Numbered from the stretch's first letter, positions 1-10,384 are shown. The stretch: 64,000 nt of DNA from Candidatus Yanofskybacteria bacterium RIFCSPLOWO2_02_FULL_44_18 (GCA_001794755.1 MGKT01000006.1:40700-104699), one strand, 5' to 3'. Program-made: numbers and translations. Notes: generated from the letters alone by a model not told the origin.

Positions 1-2083
1 AGGAGATTAAGGCCGTGGTCATTGCGATTCCGGCCGACGCTCCGTCCTTTTTTATTGCCCCGGATGGGACATGGACATGAACGTCTTCCTGGTTAAAATC
101 TTCTCTGGATCCTTTTTTGGCCACGTAGGCCCTGGCAAAACTCAATGCCGTCTGCACCGATTCTTTCATGACCGATCCCAGTTGACCCGTAAGAATTAGT
201 TTGCCTCGTCCCGGCATTTTTGTGGCCTCGATGGGCATAACTTCGCCCCCAACCGGAGTCCAGCCCAAGCCCGTAACAACGCCGATTTCGTCTTTTACTT
301 CTGCGGCTTGGTGGGTATATTTAACCGGCCCCAAGTATTTATGAATCACGCTCTTAGTAATTTTGACCTGCTTATTTGCGGATCCGTTGACAAGCCGGCG
401 TATGACTTTTCTCAAGATGGAAGCAAGCTGTCTTTCAAGATCTCTGACGCCGGCCTCCCGAGTATGAGAACGAATAATATCCACCATGGCTGAATCCTCG
501 AATGTGATTGAATTCTTTTTTATGCCGTGATCCTTGTATAATTTAGGCAAAAGAAAATTCTTGGCAATGTGAAACTTTTCATCCTCGGTATATCCGGCAA
601 ATTCTATTATTTCCAACCTGTCCCTTAAGGCCGGAGGAACCGTATCAAGCATATTGGCAGTAGCAATGAATAATACTTCGGACAAATCGAACGGAACTTC
701 CAAATAATGATCCGAGAAGGCGTGGTTCTGCTGGGGATCGAGGGCCTCAAGGAGAGCCGCCGACGGATCACCCCTGAAATCCATCCCGATTTTGTCAATC
801 TCATCCAGCATGAAAACGGGATTTTTCATTCCGATGGTGTGAATGCCCTGGATAATGCGGCCCGGCAAGGCGCCCACGTATGTGCGCCTATGTCCCCGTA
901 TCTCGGCCTCATCTCTCAAACCGCCCAGCGATACTCTGACAAATTTCCGGCCCAAGGCTCGAGCCACTGATTGCCCGATTGACGTTTTGCCCGTGCCCGG
1001 AGGCCCGACTAAGCACAGGATCGGACCTTTTAATTTACCGACTTGTTTTTGAACAGCTAAGAATTCCAGTATTCTTTCTTTTACTTTCTTGAGACCGTAG
1101 TGATCTTCATTTAAAACTTTTTCCGCCTCCTTGAGGTTTATTTTCTCCTTGGTTCTTTTTGACCAAGGCAATTCCACTAACCAATCCAGATATGTGCGCA
1201 GATACGAAACCTCGGGATTGAACGATGGCATCTTCACCAGCTTATTTAATTCCTTCATCGCTTTATCTTCCACTTCTTTGGGCATTCCGGCGGCCGAAAT
1301 TTTGTCCTTGAGAATATCAGCATCTCCCTTCTCGTCATCAACTCCTAATTCTTTTTCGATGCTTTTGAGCTGTTCTCTCAAAAAGAGTTCCTTCTGCATT
1401 TTTCCTATCTGTTTCTTTGTTTCCTTGGTTACGGATTTTTCAGCTTCCAGTATTTCTGCTTCGCGAGCCAAGAAAACATTCAGCTCTCTCAAGGCGTCGA
1501 GAGCGCTCTCGAACTCAAGTATTTTCTGCTGGCTGTCTACATCAAGATTCAAATTCGTGGCCATGAGGCTGATGATATGCTCCGTGTCCTTAATCTGCAT
1601 CATCATATATATGACCTCCGGCAGTATGGCCGGAAAAGCCCGGGCCTCGGATATCAATCTGAATTGTTCAATAGAGCGTCTTAGCAAAGCCTTTTCTTCA
1701 AGATTGTCCCTTATTATCAGATTATACGGCTGGGATTCGACTCTGAAGAACGGTTCCATGTCCAAAATGTCCACTATTTTCGCCCTAACTAAGCCTTCAA
1801 CGTCAACCTTAGACGATCCGTCGGGCATTTTAAAAGCAGACACTATCCGGCCTATTGTGCCGGTTTCATACAAATCATTTCGGTCAATATCATCTTCCGT
1901 ATTTCTTTGAGTCACAAAAAAAACCAATCTGTCCCTTGTTAAAGCACACTCAAGAGCCCCCACTGATTTGGGGCGCTGGACGATGAGCGGTATTATGACT
2001 TTTGGGTAAAGGACGGTGTTTTTTAAAGCGATAAGGGGAAGTTCGTCTGGGATTATGATTTTATTTTGTTTGATGTCAGCCAT
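1..2083 (-). CDS. lon: ATP-dependent protease La (Lon), 3' end truncated by window edge
   Basis: Not in ORF track; manual translation from ATG at 2083 gives MADIKQNKIIIPDELPLIALKNTVLYPK (Lon N domain), Walker A VGPPGTGKTS near 980-1010, and protease motif HVHVPSGAIKKDGASAG near 30-70. Confidence 0.95.
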   Translation of the reverse strand, partial: MADIKQNKIIIPDELPLIALKNTVLYPKVIIPLIVQRPKSVGALECALTRDRLVFFVTQRNTEDDIDRNDLYETGTIGRIVSAFKMPDGSSKVDVEGLVRAKIVDILDMEPFFRVESQPYNLIIRDNLEEKALLRRSIEQFRLISEARAFPAILPEVIYMMMQIKDTEHIISLMATNLNLDVDSQQKILEFESALDALRELNVFLAREAEILEAEKSVTKETKKQIGKMQKELFLREQLKSIEKELGVDDEKGDADILKDKISAAGMPKEVEDKAMKELNKLVKMPSFNPEVSYLRTYLDWLVELPWSKRTKEKINLKEAEKVLNEDHYGLKKVKERILEFLAVQKQVGKLKGPILCLVGPPGTGKTSIGQSVARALGRKFVRVSLGGLRDEAEIRGHRRTYVGALPGRIIQGIHTIGMKNPVFMLDEIDKIGMDFRGDPSAALLEALDPQQNHAFSDHYLEVPFDLSEVLFIATANMLDTVPPALRDRLEIIEFAGYTEDEKFHIAKNFLLPKLYKDHGIKKNSITFEDSAMVDIIRSHTREAGVRDLERQLASILRKVIRRLVNGSANKQVKITKSVIHKYLGPVKYTHQAAEVKDEIGVVTGLGWTPVGGEVMPIEATKMPGRGKLILTGQLGSVMKESVQTALSFARAYVAKKGSREDFNQEDVHVHVPSGAIKKDGASAGIAMTTALIS

Positions 2084-2130
2084 ATTTTAATGCTGGTTAT
2101 TATATATGAAAATCCGCTTAAAATCAAATT

Positions 2131-3498
2131 TTAAAGTTCGATTTCTTGACCGAGGGATGGGATAATGGAATCGATATTGAGATCGTTTTTTATTCTTGCG
2201 GCCAAGGCTTCGGCCGATTCTAATTCACCTTGAACGATAAAGACAGTTTTCAATTTTCCGGCTTCATTGCATTTAGCCACCCATTTTAAAAGCAATTCCT
2301 GGTCGGCATGGGCCGAATATCCGCCGATAGCCACGACGTCGCAGCGGACGGGGATAATTTCCCCTAATATTCTAACCGTCCTTTGGCCGTCTAATATCTT
2401 GCGGCCCGGAGTCCCTTCCGACTGATAGCCGATAAATAGAATCGTCGAATTAGGATCGGGAAGATATCTTTTTTCATGATGCTGTATTCTGCCGCCGTTG
2501 GACATGCCCGAACCGGCGATAATGACTTTCGGCCCGATAACTTCGTTTATTTCTTTAGACTCTTCGGAGCTTTTGGTAATTCTTAGGCCCGGAAAATTAA
2601 ATATATCATCGTCGGACTTAAGAATGTATTTAGCAGTTTTGTTAAAATAGCCCCCGTATTTGTGGTATACCTCCGTCAAACTGATGGCCAACGGGGAATC
2701 CATATATATCGGAACGGGCGGAATCTTTTTTTCGTTGATTAAATTATTTAACTCGTAAAGCAATTCCTGTGTCCTTTCCAGAGCAAAAGCCGGAATCATT
2801 AATGTTCCCCCGCGATTGATGGTATTGATTATAGTTTGAATCAGCAGCTGGCTCCTTTCTGATTTGTTTTCATGGATTCTGGAGCCATAGGCCGATTCAA
2901 TGACGATATAATCGGCATCATCGGGAAAGAACGGCTCGGGGAGGAGCGGCGTCGGCGGATTCCCCAAGTCGCCCGAAAAATATATCCGTTTGCCGTCCCA
3001 CCTGATTTCCACGATCGCCGAGCCGAGAACGTGGCCTGCGTCGTGAAACGTAACGGTAATTCCTCGGCCGCAGTTAAACGCATTTCCATATTTTAAACCC
3101 TGACTTAAATTGAGTATGTTTGTAATATCCGAAGAATCAAACAACGCCGCGTGGCCGTGATATTTTGCCTCGTCTTTCAACAGCGATAGATTGTCGGGCA
3201 GTGCCTTTCTAATTAAATCCAGCGTCGGTTCAGTTGAGAGCAATTTACCCCTAAAACCCTCCTTATACAGCTTCGGGAGCCGGCCGGTGTGGTCGGCATG
3301 GCTATGGGTTACAAACACAAAATCAATTTCCGAAGCCGTGTAAGGAAAATTCTCATAATTCAAATGTTCAGCTTCCGGCGAGCCTTGAAAAAGGCCGCAG
3401 TCAACGAGCATTATTAATCCGTCATGTTCAAGCAGATAATTGGCGCCGGTTACGGATCGGGCGCCGCCGAAAAAAGATATTTTCATTGAGTCAGCCAC
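2131..3498 (-). CDS. MBL-fold beta-CASP ribonuclease-like protein
   Basis: THSHADH, AGHVLGSA, SGDLG, ESAYG and YSAHAD motifs. Confidence 0.9.
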   Translation of the reverse strand: MADSMKISFFGGARSVTGANYLLEHDGLIMLVDCGLFQGSPEAEHLNYENFPYTASEIDFVFVTHSHADHTGRLPKLYKEGFRGKLLSTEPTLDLIRKALPDNLSLLKDEAKYHGHAALFDSSDITNILNLSQGLKYGNAFNCGRGITVTFHDAGHVLGSAIVEIRWDGKRIYFSGDLGNPPTPLLPEPFFPDDADYIVIESAYGSRIHENKSERSQLLIQTIINTINRGGTLMIPAFALERTQELLYELNNLINEKKIPPVPIYMDSPLAISLTEVYHKYGGYFNKTAKYILKSDDDIFNFPGLRITKSSEESKEINEVIGPKVIIAGSGMSNGGRIQHHEKRYLPDPNSTILFIGYQSEGTPGRKILDGQRTVRILGEIIPVRCDVVAIGGYSAHADQELLLKWVAKCNEAGKLKTVFIVQGELESAEALAARIKNDLNIDSIIPSLGQEIEL

Positions 3499-3764
3499 GG
3501 CCGGGCCGGGTATTTGGATATGACATAGCGATAACCCTTACCGTCGGGTATTTTAATATCATTCTGCTTGACCCAGTCCCTGATTAACACCGACTCGGTC
3601 GCCGATATTCCTTTGACTTTTGCCTGGGTTGAATTCATTATGGAAATATCGGAGTTGAAATTTCTCATGGTGATAAATATGAGGCCTACGAAAAAAAGGG
3701 CCAGGCCGATTACAAATACGGAACCGACCCATGATTCGACTTCCATTGTCAGAAAATTTCTCAT
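3483..3764 (-). CDS. Hypothetical single-TM membrane protein
   Basis: N-terminal hydrophobic helix; overlaps both neighbours in operon fashion. Confidence 0.65.
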   Translation of the reverse strand: MRNFLTMEVESWVGSVFVIGLALFFVGLIFITMRNFNSDISIMNSTQAKVKGISATESVLIRDWVKQNDIKIPDGKGYRYVISKYPARPWLTQ

Positions 3765-4228
3765 CGCACGATTATGGCCCCCGTCTCATCTTGGTCTTTT
3801 TCATTGCGATATCCGAATGTGCCCTTGGCGGCAAAAGTATAAGAAAAATAGCTGCCGGGCGGGATGTCGCCGACGCTGTCGAATCCAACCAAATCTTCCG
3901 GCGGATCGGCTATTATGTGAATCGCGAACAGGCCGTCATTTTTGAAACGAACTGTATCCCCAGAGTGGATTCTTAAATTGGTGGGGCTAAACACTCCGGA
4001 TTTGTATGACACCGTGTATATTCTGGCTTGCTTTGAATCGCTGGGAGATTGGGTCGGCGAAATCGTGGCTTGGCCGATATCGTGTTCGGCCTGGCCGAAA
4101 ATTACGACCGCTGCGGCCATCAGCATCAGCGAGATTACGATTAAAAGCCAAAACATTCCCGGACCGTTTATGGGTTTGACTTTCGGCTCCCTTTTCACGA
4201 CTAATTGCGGCTCGATTTCATCACTCAT
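3761..4228 (-). CDS. Membrane-anchored cupredoxin-fold protein
   Basis: TM helix, then FSPTNLRIHSGDTVRFKN...PPGSYFSYTF...GTFGY plastocyanin-like pattern. Confidence 0.75.
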   Translation of the reverse strand: MSDEIEPQLVVKREPKVKPINGPGMFWLLIVISLMLMAAAVVIFGQAEHDIGQATISPTQSPSDSKQARIYTVSYKSGVFSPTNLRIHSGDTVRFKNDGLFAIHIIADPPEDLVGFDSVGDIPPGSYFSYTFAAKGTFGYRNEKDQDETGAIIVR

Positions 4229-5504
4229 TTTTCTTAATAAATTCTAGCACAATTTCTTTGTCTGACCAGGGGATTTTTTTGCCGCCGGCCACGGCCATCG
4301 ATATTTCCGAACCCTTGCCGGTAATCACAACCGTGTCGCCCGGCTCGGCCAAAGATATGGCCTTGCCAATCGCTTCTTTTCTGTCAATCAGTTTCCGGAA
4401 TTCTTTTCCTTTCAATCCCTGGCCAATCTGGCTGATAATGCTTTCCGGATTTTCCTCATAAGGATCCTCGTTCGTCAGGATAATCTCGTCCAGATATTCG
4501 GCGGCCGCTTCTCCGAATTCACTCCTTTTCCATTTGTCCCTGCCTCCGCCCGCCGCGCCCAAAACGCCGATGAGCTTTCCGCCGGCCAGCTGGGATTTTA
4601 AAGTATGATACACCTCTCTAAGTGAATCCGGCGTGTGCGCGTAATCGACGACAACCGCAAACGGCTGTTTTTGAATATATTCCATTCGCCCGGGTATGCT
4701 TCTGATTCCCGCGATTATCGGTTGCGAAGTCGGCAAATCTATACCGTACATGGCTACTGTCGACAGGGCGGCAAGACAATTTAATACATTGAATTTTCCG
4801 GACAAGTACGAGACAAATTCGGTTCCATAGACGATGAATGTCGTTTTTTCGGGCGATATTTGCACCTTTTCGGCCTTGATGTCGCCTCTTGAAATTCCGT
4901 AGAATACTTTTTTGCGGGCCGGATAATTCATAAAATCTTCTACGTGCATATCGTCGCCGTTTAAGACATGAATGTTTTTTGTGCGCTTGAATAATTCCTG
5001 TTTCGCTTTTTTATAATTGTCAAACGAGCCGTGGCTTTCGATATGTTCTTTGTGCAAGTTGGTGAAAACGGCGCAATCAAAATTTATTCCCAAATGCCTC
5101 CTTTGCTTTATGCCTTCCGAAGTCACTTCCAAGACGCAGAATTCGCAGCCGGCATCGCGGGCGCGAGCCATGAATTTATGAATCCGGAACCGGCCGGGCA
5201 TGGTCATCTTGAGGGTGTTAGGCCATTCTTTGTCAAGGATTTTAAATCCCAGAGAACCAATCGCCGCCACTTTTTTATTTCCAGCCTCTTCGAGAAGTTT
5301 AGAAATCATATAGACTGTTGTTGACTTGCCCTTCGTTCCTGTAACGCCGATGACTTTCATCGAATTAGACGGAAAACGATAATAAGCGGCGCCGGCATGG
5401 GACAATAATGCGTGATAATACGGAGCAAAAAAATTAAATACCCGTTTCGGGATTATCTTTTTTATCCTATATAATATTTTATCCACCCAGGATTCCGTAA
5501 TCAT
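4221..5504 (-). CDS. murE: UDP-N-acetylmuramoyl-tripeptide synthetase (MurE)
   Basis: GVTGTKGKSTT, LEVTSEG, FTNL..EH, PGRME, VDYAHTPD, GKGSE. Confidence 0.9.
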   Translation of the reverse strand: MITESWVDKILYRIKKIIPKRVFNFFAPYYHALLSHAGAAYYRFPSNSMKVIGVTGTKGKSTTVYMISKLLEEAGNKKVAAIGSLGFKILDKEWPNTLKMTMPGRFRIHKFMARARDAGCEFCVLEVTSEGIKQRRHLGINFDCAVFTNLHKEHIESHGSFDNYKKAKQELFKRTKNIHVLNGDDMHVEDFMNYPARKKVFYGISRGDIKAEKVQISPEKTTFIVYGTEFVSYLSGKFNVLNCLAALSTVAMYGIDLPTSQPIIAGIRSIPGRMEYIQKQPFAVVVDYAHTPDSLREVYHTLKSQLAGGKLIGVLGAAGGGRDKWKRSEFGEAAAEYLDEIILTNEDPYEENPESIISQIGQGLKGKEFRKLIDRKEAIGKAISLAEPGDTVVITGKGSEISMAVAGGKKIPWSDKEIVLEFIKKNE

Positions 5505-6373
5505 TTGTTGTTTCTAAGTAATTTATAAACCAAGTACCAGAATTTTGAAACGGGCAAGTCAAAAGAGCCGGGATATTCAATTGTCTGCCCGCCCCAATTT
5601 AGCTTAAAACGGGTCACGCCCGGATACCTCTTTGCGTCAATCCCCCAAAAATCATAATTATTCAGGCCATATTTTTTTGCGACCTTGATTAGTTCCCAAT
5701 GTAAATAATAAGGAGCCATCATTGGTTTATATTTTGGATTTCTGTCCATGCCGCCGTGAAGATAGTACGCGGTATCGCCGTGAGCAAGCCAAATCGCGCC
5801 CGCGATTGGCACACCATCGTGTTCGACAAAAACCGTTTCCGCGTTCATTCCCGGCATAGTGCACAATTTTTCGTAATAGCTTTTCTCATGCGTGCTGAAA
5901 TTGTCATTTTTCGCGGTGTGTTTTAATAATTTCCAGAATCCATCCGTATCTTTGCGAAAAACCAATTTAAAATCATGTTTCTCCGCAACTTTAATATTGT
6001 ACCTTGTTTTATGATGCATCCGGCCAAGAAGCTCCTCCTCCGATTTGGTCAAGTCAATCACCACGGTTTTGGAAGGCTGTAGTTCCTTTTTTGATTTCTT
6101 AAAACCAAATTGACATAAAAGTTGAACCACAGAATCGTCTCGCGGCTCCGCTTTGACATAAAAAGATTTTTCAGCCGCCGCTAAATTTTTTAAATATTGA
6201 ATGAAATTTTGCGTCACGCCGCTCGGGCCATGAGGGATATACAAGTAATTTTTTCTAAACGGTAAATCGTGTCGTATAATATTAGCTTCAATCCCATCTT
6301 TCTCATATCGAAAAACTCTTCGGCCAAGAGATTTCTGAAAACTTAACCATTTTCCAGTCTGAAGAAAAGACAC
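5501..6373 (-). CDS. FemAB/FemX-family peptidoglycan bridge aminoacyltransferase
   Basis: FLQT..W..F, YIPHGP, KTRYNIKVA, YDFWGI, GVTRFK..WGG; adjacent to murE. Confidence 0.9.
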   Translation of the reverse strand: MSFLQTGKWLSFQKSLGRRVFRYEKDGIEANIIRHDLPFRKNYLYIPHGPSGVTQNFIQYLKNLAAAEKSFYVKAEPRDDSVVQLLCQFGFKKSKKELQPSKTVVIDLTKSEEELLGRMHHKTRYNIKVAEKHDFKLVFRKDTDGFWKLLKHTAKNDNFSTHEKSYYEKLCTMPGMNAETVFVEHDGVPIAGAIWLAHGDTAYYLHGGMDRNPKYKPMMAPYYLHWELIKVAKKYGLNNYDFWGIDAKRYPGVTRFKLNWGGQTIEYPGSFDLPVSKFWYLVYKLLRNNK

Positions 6374-6966
6374 TATTTTTTTCCTAAAAATTTTAATGCG
6401 TCGGCGACCTTTAATTCCAACGTCTCGCCCTTTGCTTCTTTTAGAGCTTCCTTGGCTTGGTTCAACGAATAGCCAAGAGTGAGTAGGGCTTCCATGGCTT
6501 GACCCTCATGACCCAGATCCATGCCACTAACGTCAGTTGAATCCAGATAGTCCACTTTGCTTTTGAGCTCTAAAATCAGGCGAGACGCCGTTTTCGGTCC
6601 GAGACCGGAAACTTTTTTTAGATAGTCAGAATCTTCATGGACCACAGCCGCTTTGAGATGCTTAGGTTCGACAACGGCCAAAATCCCCATCGCTCCTTTC
6701 GGCCCGATTCCGGAAACGGAAGTCAGCATATGAAACAAATCCAAATCTTCTTTTTTATCAAAGCCGTACATGTCAAAAGTGCCCTCGCGCATATTGAGCT
6801 GGGAATGGACAAAAAGCTTTATTTTTCCATTGACTTCAGGTTTGCTTTTTGATAAAATGTTCAGCAACTTGGGGGATACTATCACCCTATATCCTATGCC
6901 CCCAGTGTTCAAAATGACTTGTTTATCCCCTAAATGCTCGATTGTTCCCTCTATCAGACTAATCAT
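6373..6966 (-). CDS. ruvA: Holliday junction branch migration protein RuvA
   Basis: MISLIEG start at 6966; GIGY, VSGIGPK and VSGLGPKTASRLILELK HhH motifs; EALLTLGY C-terminal domain. Confidence 0.95.
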   Translation of the reverse strand: MISLIEGTIEHLGDKQVILNTGGIGYRVIVSPKLLNILSKSKPEVNGKIKLFVHSQLNMREGTFDMYGFDKKEDLDLFHMLTSVSGIGPKGAMGILAVVEPKHLKAAVVHEDSDYLKKVSGLGPKTASRLILELKSKVDYLDSTDVSGMDLGHEGQAMEALLTLGYSLNQAKEALKEAKGETLELKVADALKFLGKK

Positions 6967-6982
6967 ACCCAAAGAATAACAA

Positions 6983-8992
6983 ATGTTTAAACTCGCGTCC
7001 AAATTCCAACCAACGGGTGATCAGCCGGAAGCGATAGATAAGCTGGTCAAAGGATTAAAATCAGGCAAAAAGCACCAAGTTCTTTTAGGTGTTACTGGAA
7101 GTGGAAAAACTTTTAGCATGGCGAAGGTCATCGAGGCGTACAAGAGACCAACTTTGATTGTTTCCCACAACAAAACATTAGCCGCCCAATTATACAAAGA
7201 ATTCAAGTCGTTCTTTCCCAAGAATGCCGTTCATTATTTCGTTTCGTATTATGATTATTACCAGCCCGAAGCGTATATTCCCCACACTGACACATATATA
7301 GAAAAGGATTCGAAGATTAATGAGGAGATAGACCGCTTGCGTCATGCCGCAACCCAAGCCCTAATGAACCGGGACGACGTAATAATAATCGCCTCGGTAT
7401 CATGCATATATAATCTGGGTTCGCCTGAGGATTATAAAAACCTGGGGCTGGAAATTTTCGAAGGAAAAAAAATAAATCCATCGGATCTGGTCAGAAGCCT
7501 GATGCGTCTTCAATATACCGCTGATATAGAATTAAAGAGAGGAGCCTTCCGTAAAACTGCCAATGAAATTGAGATTGTGTCTTCCAACGGCCAAGACGCA
7601 TATAAAATCACGTTTAAAAACGACGAGGTCGCCAAGATGTACCGCGCCGACGTAAAGGATCCAGAAGACCTTGAATTTAAAGATATGCAATACGAACGCG
7701 TCGTTAGCGCCGTTATTTTCCCGGCTAAGTATTGGATTGCGTCCGACGACAAAATATCCTTGGCAATTGAAAACATAAAAAGCGAGCTCCAAAAGCACGT
7801 CAAACATTTAAAAAAAATTGGCAAACTGGAAGAAGCGTTCAGACTCCAAGAAAAAACGATTCAGGATATAGAAATGATGCGCCAGACCGGCTACTGCCAT
7901 GGAATCGAAAACTACTCACGTCATCTTGATTTCCGAAAAGCCGGCCAACCGCCATATACCCTTCTGGATTTCTTCAGTTCAAAAGGCGAATTTTTGTCCA
8001 TAATCGATGAATCGCACATCACGATTCCCCAGCTTCGAAGCATGTATAACGGAGACCATTCCCGAAAATCAACTTTGATTGAATACGGCTTTAGGCTCCC
8101 CTCGGCGATAGACAACCGCCCTCTCAAGTTTCCGGAATTTACCACGAGGGTCCGGAAGCAAATATATGTATCGGCCACGCCCGGAAAATATGAAATGGAA
8201 AAAGCAGGAGAAAAAAACATCGCCGAGCAGGTTGTCCGGCCGACTGGCCTTCTTGATCCGACAATTGAAATCCAGCCGACGGAAAATCAAATCCCCCATT
8301 TGCTGAAAAATATCCAAGAAAGGGTAAGCAGCGGAGAGAGGGTTCTAGTAACGACCCTGACTAAAAGAATGGCCGAGGACTTGAGCGAACACCTTGCTGA
8401 TAAAGGCGTTAAAGTTAATTACCTTCACTCGGAAATTAAAACTCTGGACCGCTTAAAAATTCTAAAAGACCTGCGCCTGGGCAAACACGATGTAATCGTC
8501 GGCGTAAATCTTCTGCGTGAAGGCCTCGATCTCCCGGAAGTTTCGCTCATTGCCATTCTCGACGCGGACAAGGAAGGATTTCTGCGCAATACGACGACGC
8601 TGATTCAAACAATGGGCCGGGCCGCAAGGCACGTAAACGGCCACGTAATCATGTACGCCGACAAGCTTACCAAATCCATCGACTCGTCAATAAAGGAAAC
8701 CTTAAGGCGACGGAAGAAGCAGGAAAAATACAACACGGACAACAAGATTACGCCGACGACGATATTAAAGGACATCGGAGATTTCGATTTGCCGATATCA
8801 AAATCCGCGATGGGCAAACTGGGAAATACAAGCAGAGGCGGCGATAATGACTCGGGTATTGTCTTTTTTGGAGACGCAAACAAACAAAACGTTCTAAAAC
8901 AACTTAATAGGCTTATGGAAAAAGCCATGCGCCACTTTGATTACGAGAGGGCCATGGAAATAAAAGAGCAAATCAGGCGCATGAAGGAATAA
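6983..8992 (+). CDS. uvrB: Excinuclease ABC subunit B
   Basis: PTGDQP, GVTGSGKT, YYDYYQPEAY, DESH, QTMGRAAR, C-terminal UVR domain. Confidence 0.98.
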   Translation: MFKLASKFQPTGDQPEAIDKLVKGLKSGKKHQVLLGVTGSGKTFSMAKVIEAYKRPTLIVSHNKTLAAQLYKEFKSFFPKNAVHYFVSYYDYYQPEAYIPHTDTYIEKDSKINEEIDRLRHAATQALMNRDDVIIIASVSCIYNLGSPEDYKNLGLEIFEGKKINPSDLVRSLMRLQYTADIELKRGAFRKTANEIEIVSSNGQDAYKITFKNDEVAKMYRADVKDPEDLEFKDMQYERVVSAVIFPAKYWIASDDKISLAIENIKSELQKHVKHLKKIGKLEEAFRLQEKTIQDIEMMRQTGYCHGIENYSRHLDFRKAGQPPYTLLDFFSSKGEFLSIIDESHITIPQLRSMYNGDHSRKSTLIEYGFRLPSAIDNRPLKFPEFTTRVRKQIYVSATPGKYEMEKAGEKNIAEQVVRPTGLLDPTIEIQPTENQIPHLLKNIQERVSSGERVLVTTLTKRMAEDLSEHLADKGVKVNYLHSEIKTLDRLKILKDLRLGKHDVIVGVNLLREGLDLPEVSLIAILDADKEGFLRNTTTLIQTMGRAARHVNGHVIMYADKLTKSIDSSIKETLRRRKKQEKYNTDNKITPTTILKDIGDFDLPISKSAMGKLGNTSRGGDNDSGIVFFGDANKQNVLKQLNRLMEKAMRHFDYERAMEIKEQIRRMKE

Positions 8993-9012
8993 AAAACGGG
9001 CATTTTTATTTC

Positions 9013-9041
9013 TTGCAATATCCAAAAAACAATGATATATT
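9013..9041 (+). promoter_or_regulatory. Putative sigma70 promoter of rpsT
   Basis: TTGCAA-17 nt-TATATT, ending 9 nt before the ATG. Confidence 0.55.
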
Positions 9042-9050
9042 TTACATAAT

Positions 9051-9296
9051 ATGCCAATTACAAAATCCGCCAAAAAAGCGCTAAGACAATCAAAAACCAG
9101 AAGAATTGGAAATCTTGCCAAGAAAAAAGCGTATAAAGCGGCGATAAAAGAACTGAAAAAAACAAAAGACGTTAAATTGCTTGCCAAAACATATAAGGCG
9201 ATAGACAAGGCGGCCAAAACCGGGGTCATAAAGAAAAACAAGGCCGCTCGCCTCAAATCAAGCGCTTCCCGCATCCTTAATCAAAAAACCTCTTAA
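9051..9296 (+). CDS. rpsT: 30S ribosomal protein S20
   Basis: MPITKSAKKALRQ...YKAIDKAAKTGVIKKNKAARLKS. Confidence 0.97.
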   Translation: MPITKSAKKALRQSKTRRIGNLAKKKAYKAAIKELKKTKDVKLLAKTYKAIDKAAKTGVIKKNKAARLKSSASRILNQKTS

Positions 9297-9310
9297 TAGA
9301 GGTTTTTTGA
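9281..9310. terminator. Bidirectional intrinsic terminator between convergent rpsT and ftsW
   Basis: Perfect 13-bp stem tcaaaaaacctct-taat-agaggttttttga. Confidence 0.75.
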
Positions 9311-10384
9311 TTAACTTTTTGCCACATTTAGAACTATACCCAACCCGGCCAAGAGAGCTATCATAGCCGTGCCGCCATAGCTGATAAAAGGCAGTGGAAT
9401 TCCCGTCAGCGGCGCTAAGCCGGAAATGGCGGCGATATTAACAAAAGCCTGGGCGCATATCCAAATGTTTATCCCCGTCACTAACATCATACCGAATTTG
9501 TCATCGGCATTTTTGGCGATTCTCAATAAAATAAAAGACAAAATGACAAACAGAGAAATTGTAAAAACGGAACCGACATAGCCCAATTCTTCCGCTATGA
9601 CGGCAAATATCGAATCACCGACGACTTCAGGCAAAAATCCGAACTTCTGGGTGCTTTTGCCGTAGCCGACGCCGAATATTCCTCCTGACCCGATGGATAT
9701 CAGTGCCTGATTTATTTGATAGGAGCTGCCCCTGGTATCCTCGGAGGGATTTAAAAACGTCTTCACCCTCTCAAATCTGTAAGGCTCAATCCAAATTAAT
9801 ACCGATAGGATAACCAACAGAACGAGAATCAATGATACGAATTTTTTAAATTCCACTCCGGCCACGAAATACAGGCCAAGAGCGATAATCGTAACGACGA
9901 TAAGAGTGCCGATATCCGGTTGAAGGGCCAGCATGGCTCCGGTAACGCCCAAGATGACAAAAAAGGGAGCGCCGCCAAAAAACCAATTCTTTACCCGCTC
10001 TCGGCGTCCGCTGAACCAAGCGGCCAGATATATAATCAATGCCAGTTTCAACGTTTCCGAGGGCTGAAAAACAAAACCGGAAATATTAATCCACCTAGTC
10101 GCTCCTTTTAATCCAAAGCCGTAACCCGGTAAAAACACCAGGCCGGTCAATATTAAAGCGCCGAATAGAATAAGAAACGATAATTTCTTCCATATCTTGT
10201 ATCTGGTTTTAGAAAGAAAGAACATTAATATAAGTCCGGGAATAATACTGTAAAAAAGCTGATGTTTGGGATAATAGTAGGAATCGCCGAATTTTTTTTG
10301 CGAGTCAATAATTCCGGCTGATGAGAGCATCACTAATCCGAAAACGACGAGAATAAGAGTGGTGATAATGAGACCCTTAACCAT
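9311..10384 (-). CDS. ftsW: SEDS peptidoglycan polymerase FtsW
   Basis: GATRWI, FQPSE..K, LQPDIGT, DSIFAVIAEELG, TGIPLPFISYGGT. Confidence 0.93.
   Translation of the reverse strand: MVKGLIITTLILVVFGLVMLSSAGIIDSQKKFGDSYYYPKHQLFYSIIPGLILMFFLSKTRYKIWKKLSFLILFGALILTGLVFLPGYGFGLKGATRWINISGFVFQPSETLKLALIIYLAAWFSGRRERVKNWFFGGAPFFVILGVTGAMLALQPDIGTLIVVTIIALGLYFVAGVEFKKFVSLILVLLVILSVLIWIEPYRFERVKTFLNPSEDTRGSSYQINQALISIGSGGIFGVGYGKSTQKFGFLPEVVGDSIFAVIAEELGYVGSVFTISLFVILSFILLRIAKNADDKFGMMLVTGINIWICAQAFVNIAAISGLAPLTGIPLPFISYGGTAMIALLAGLGIVLNVAKS

Noticed and set aside
308-1910. Plus-strand ORFs including the 259-aa ORF at 1131-1910
   Set aside because: Antisense shadows of lon, which the track missed because it runs off the window
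6967-7002. Longer ruvA start at 7002
   Set aside because: Overlaps uvrB; RuvA homology begins at MISLIEG (6966)
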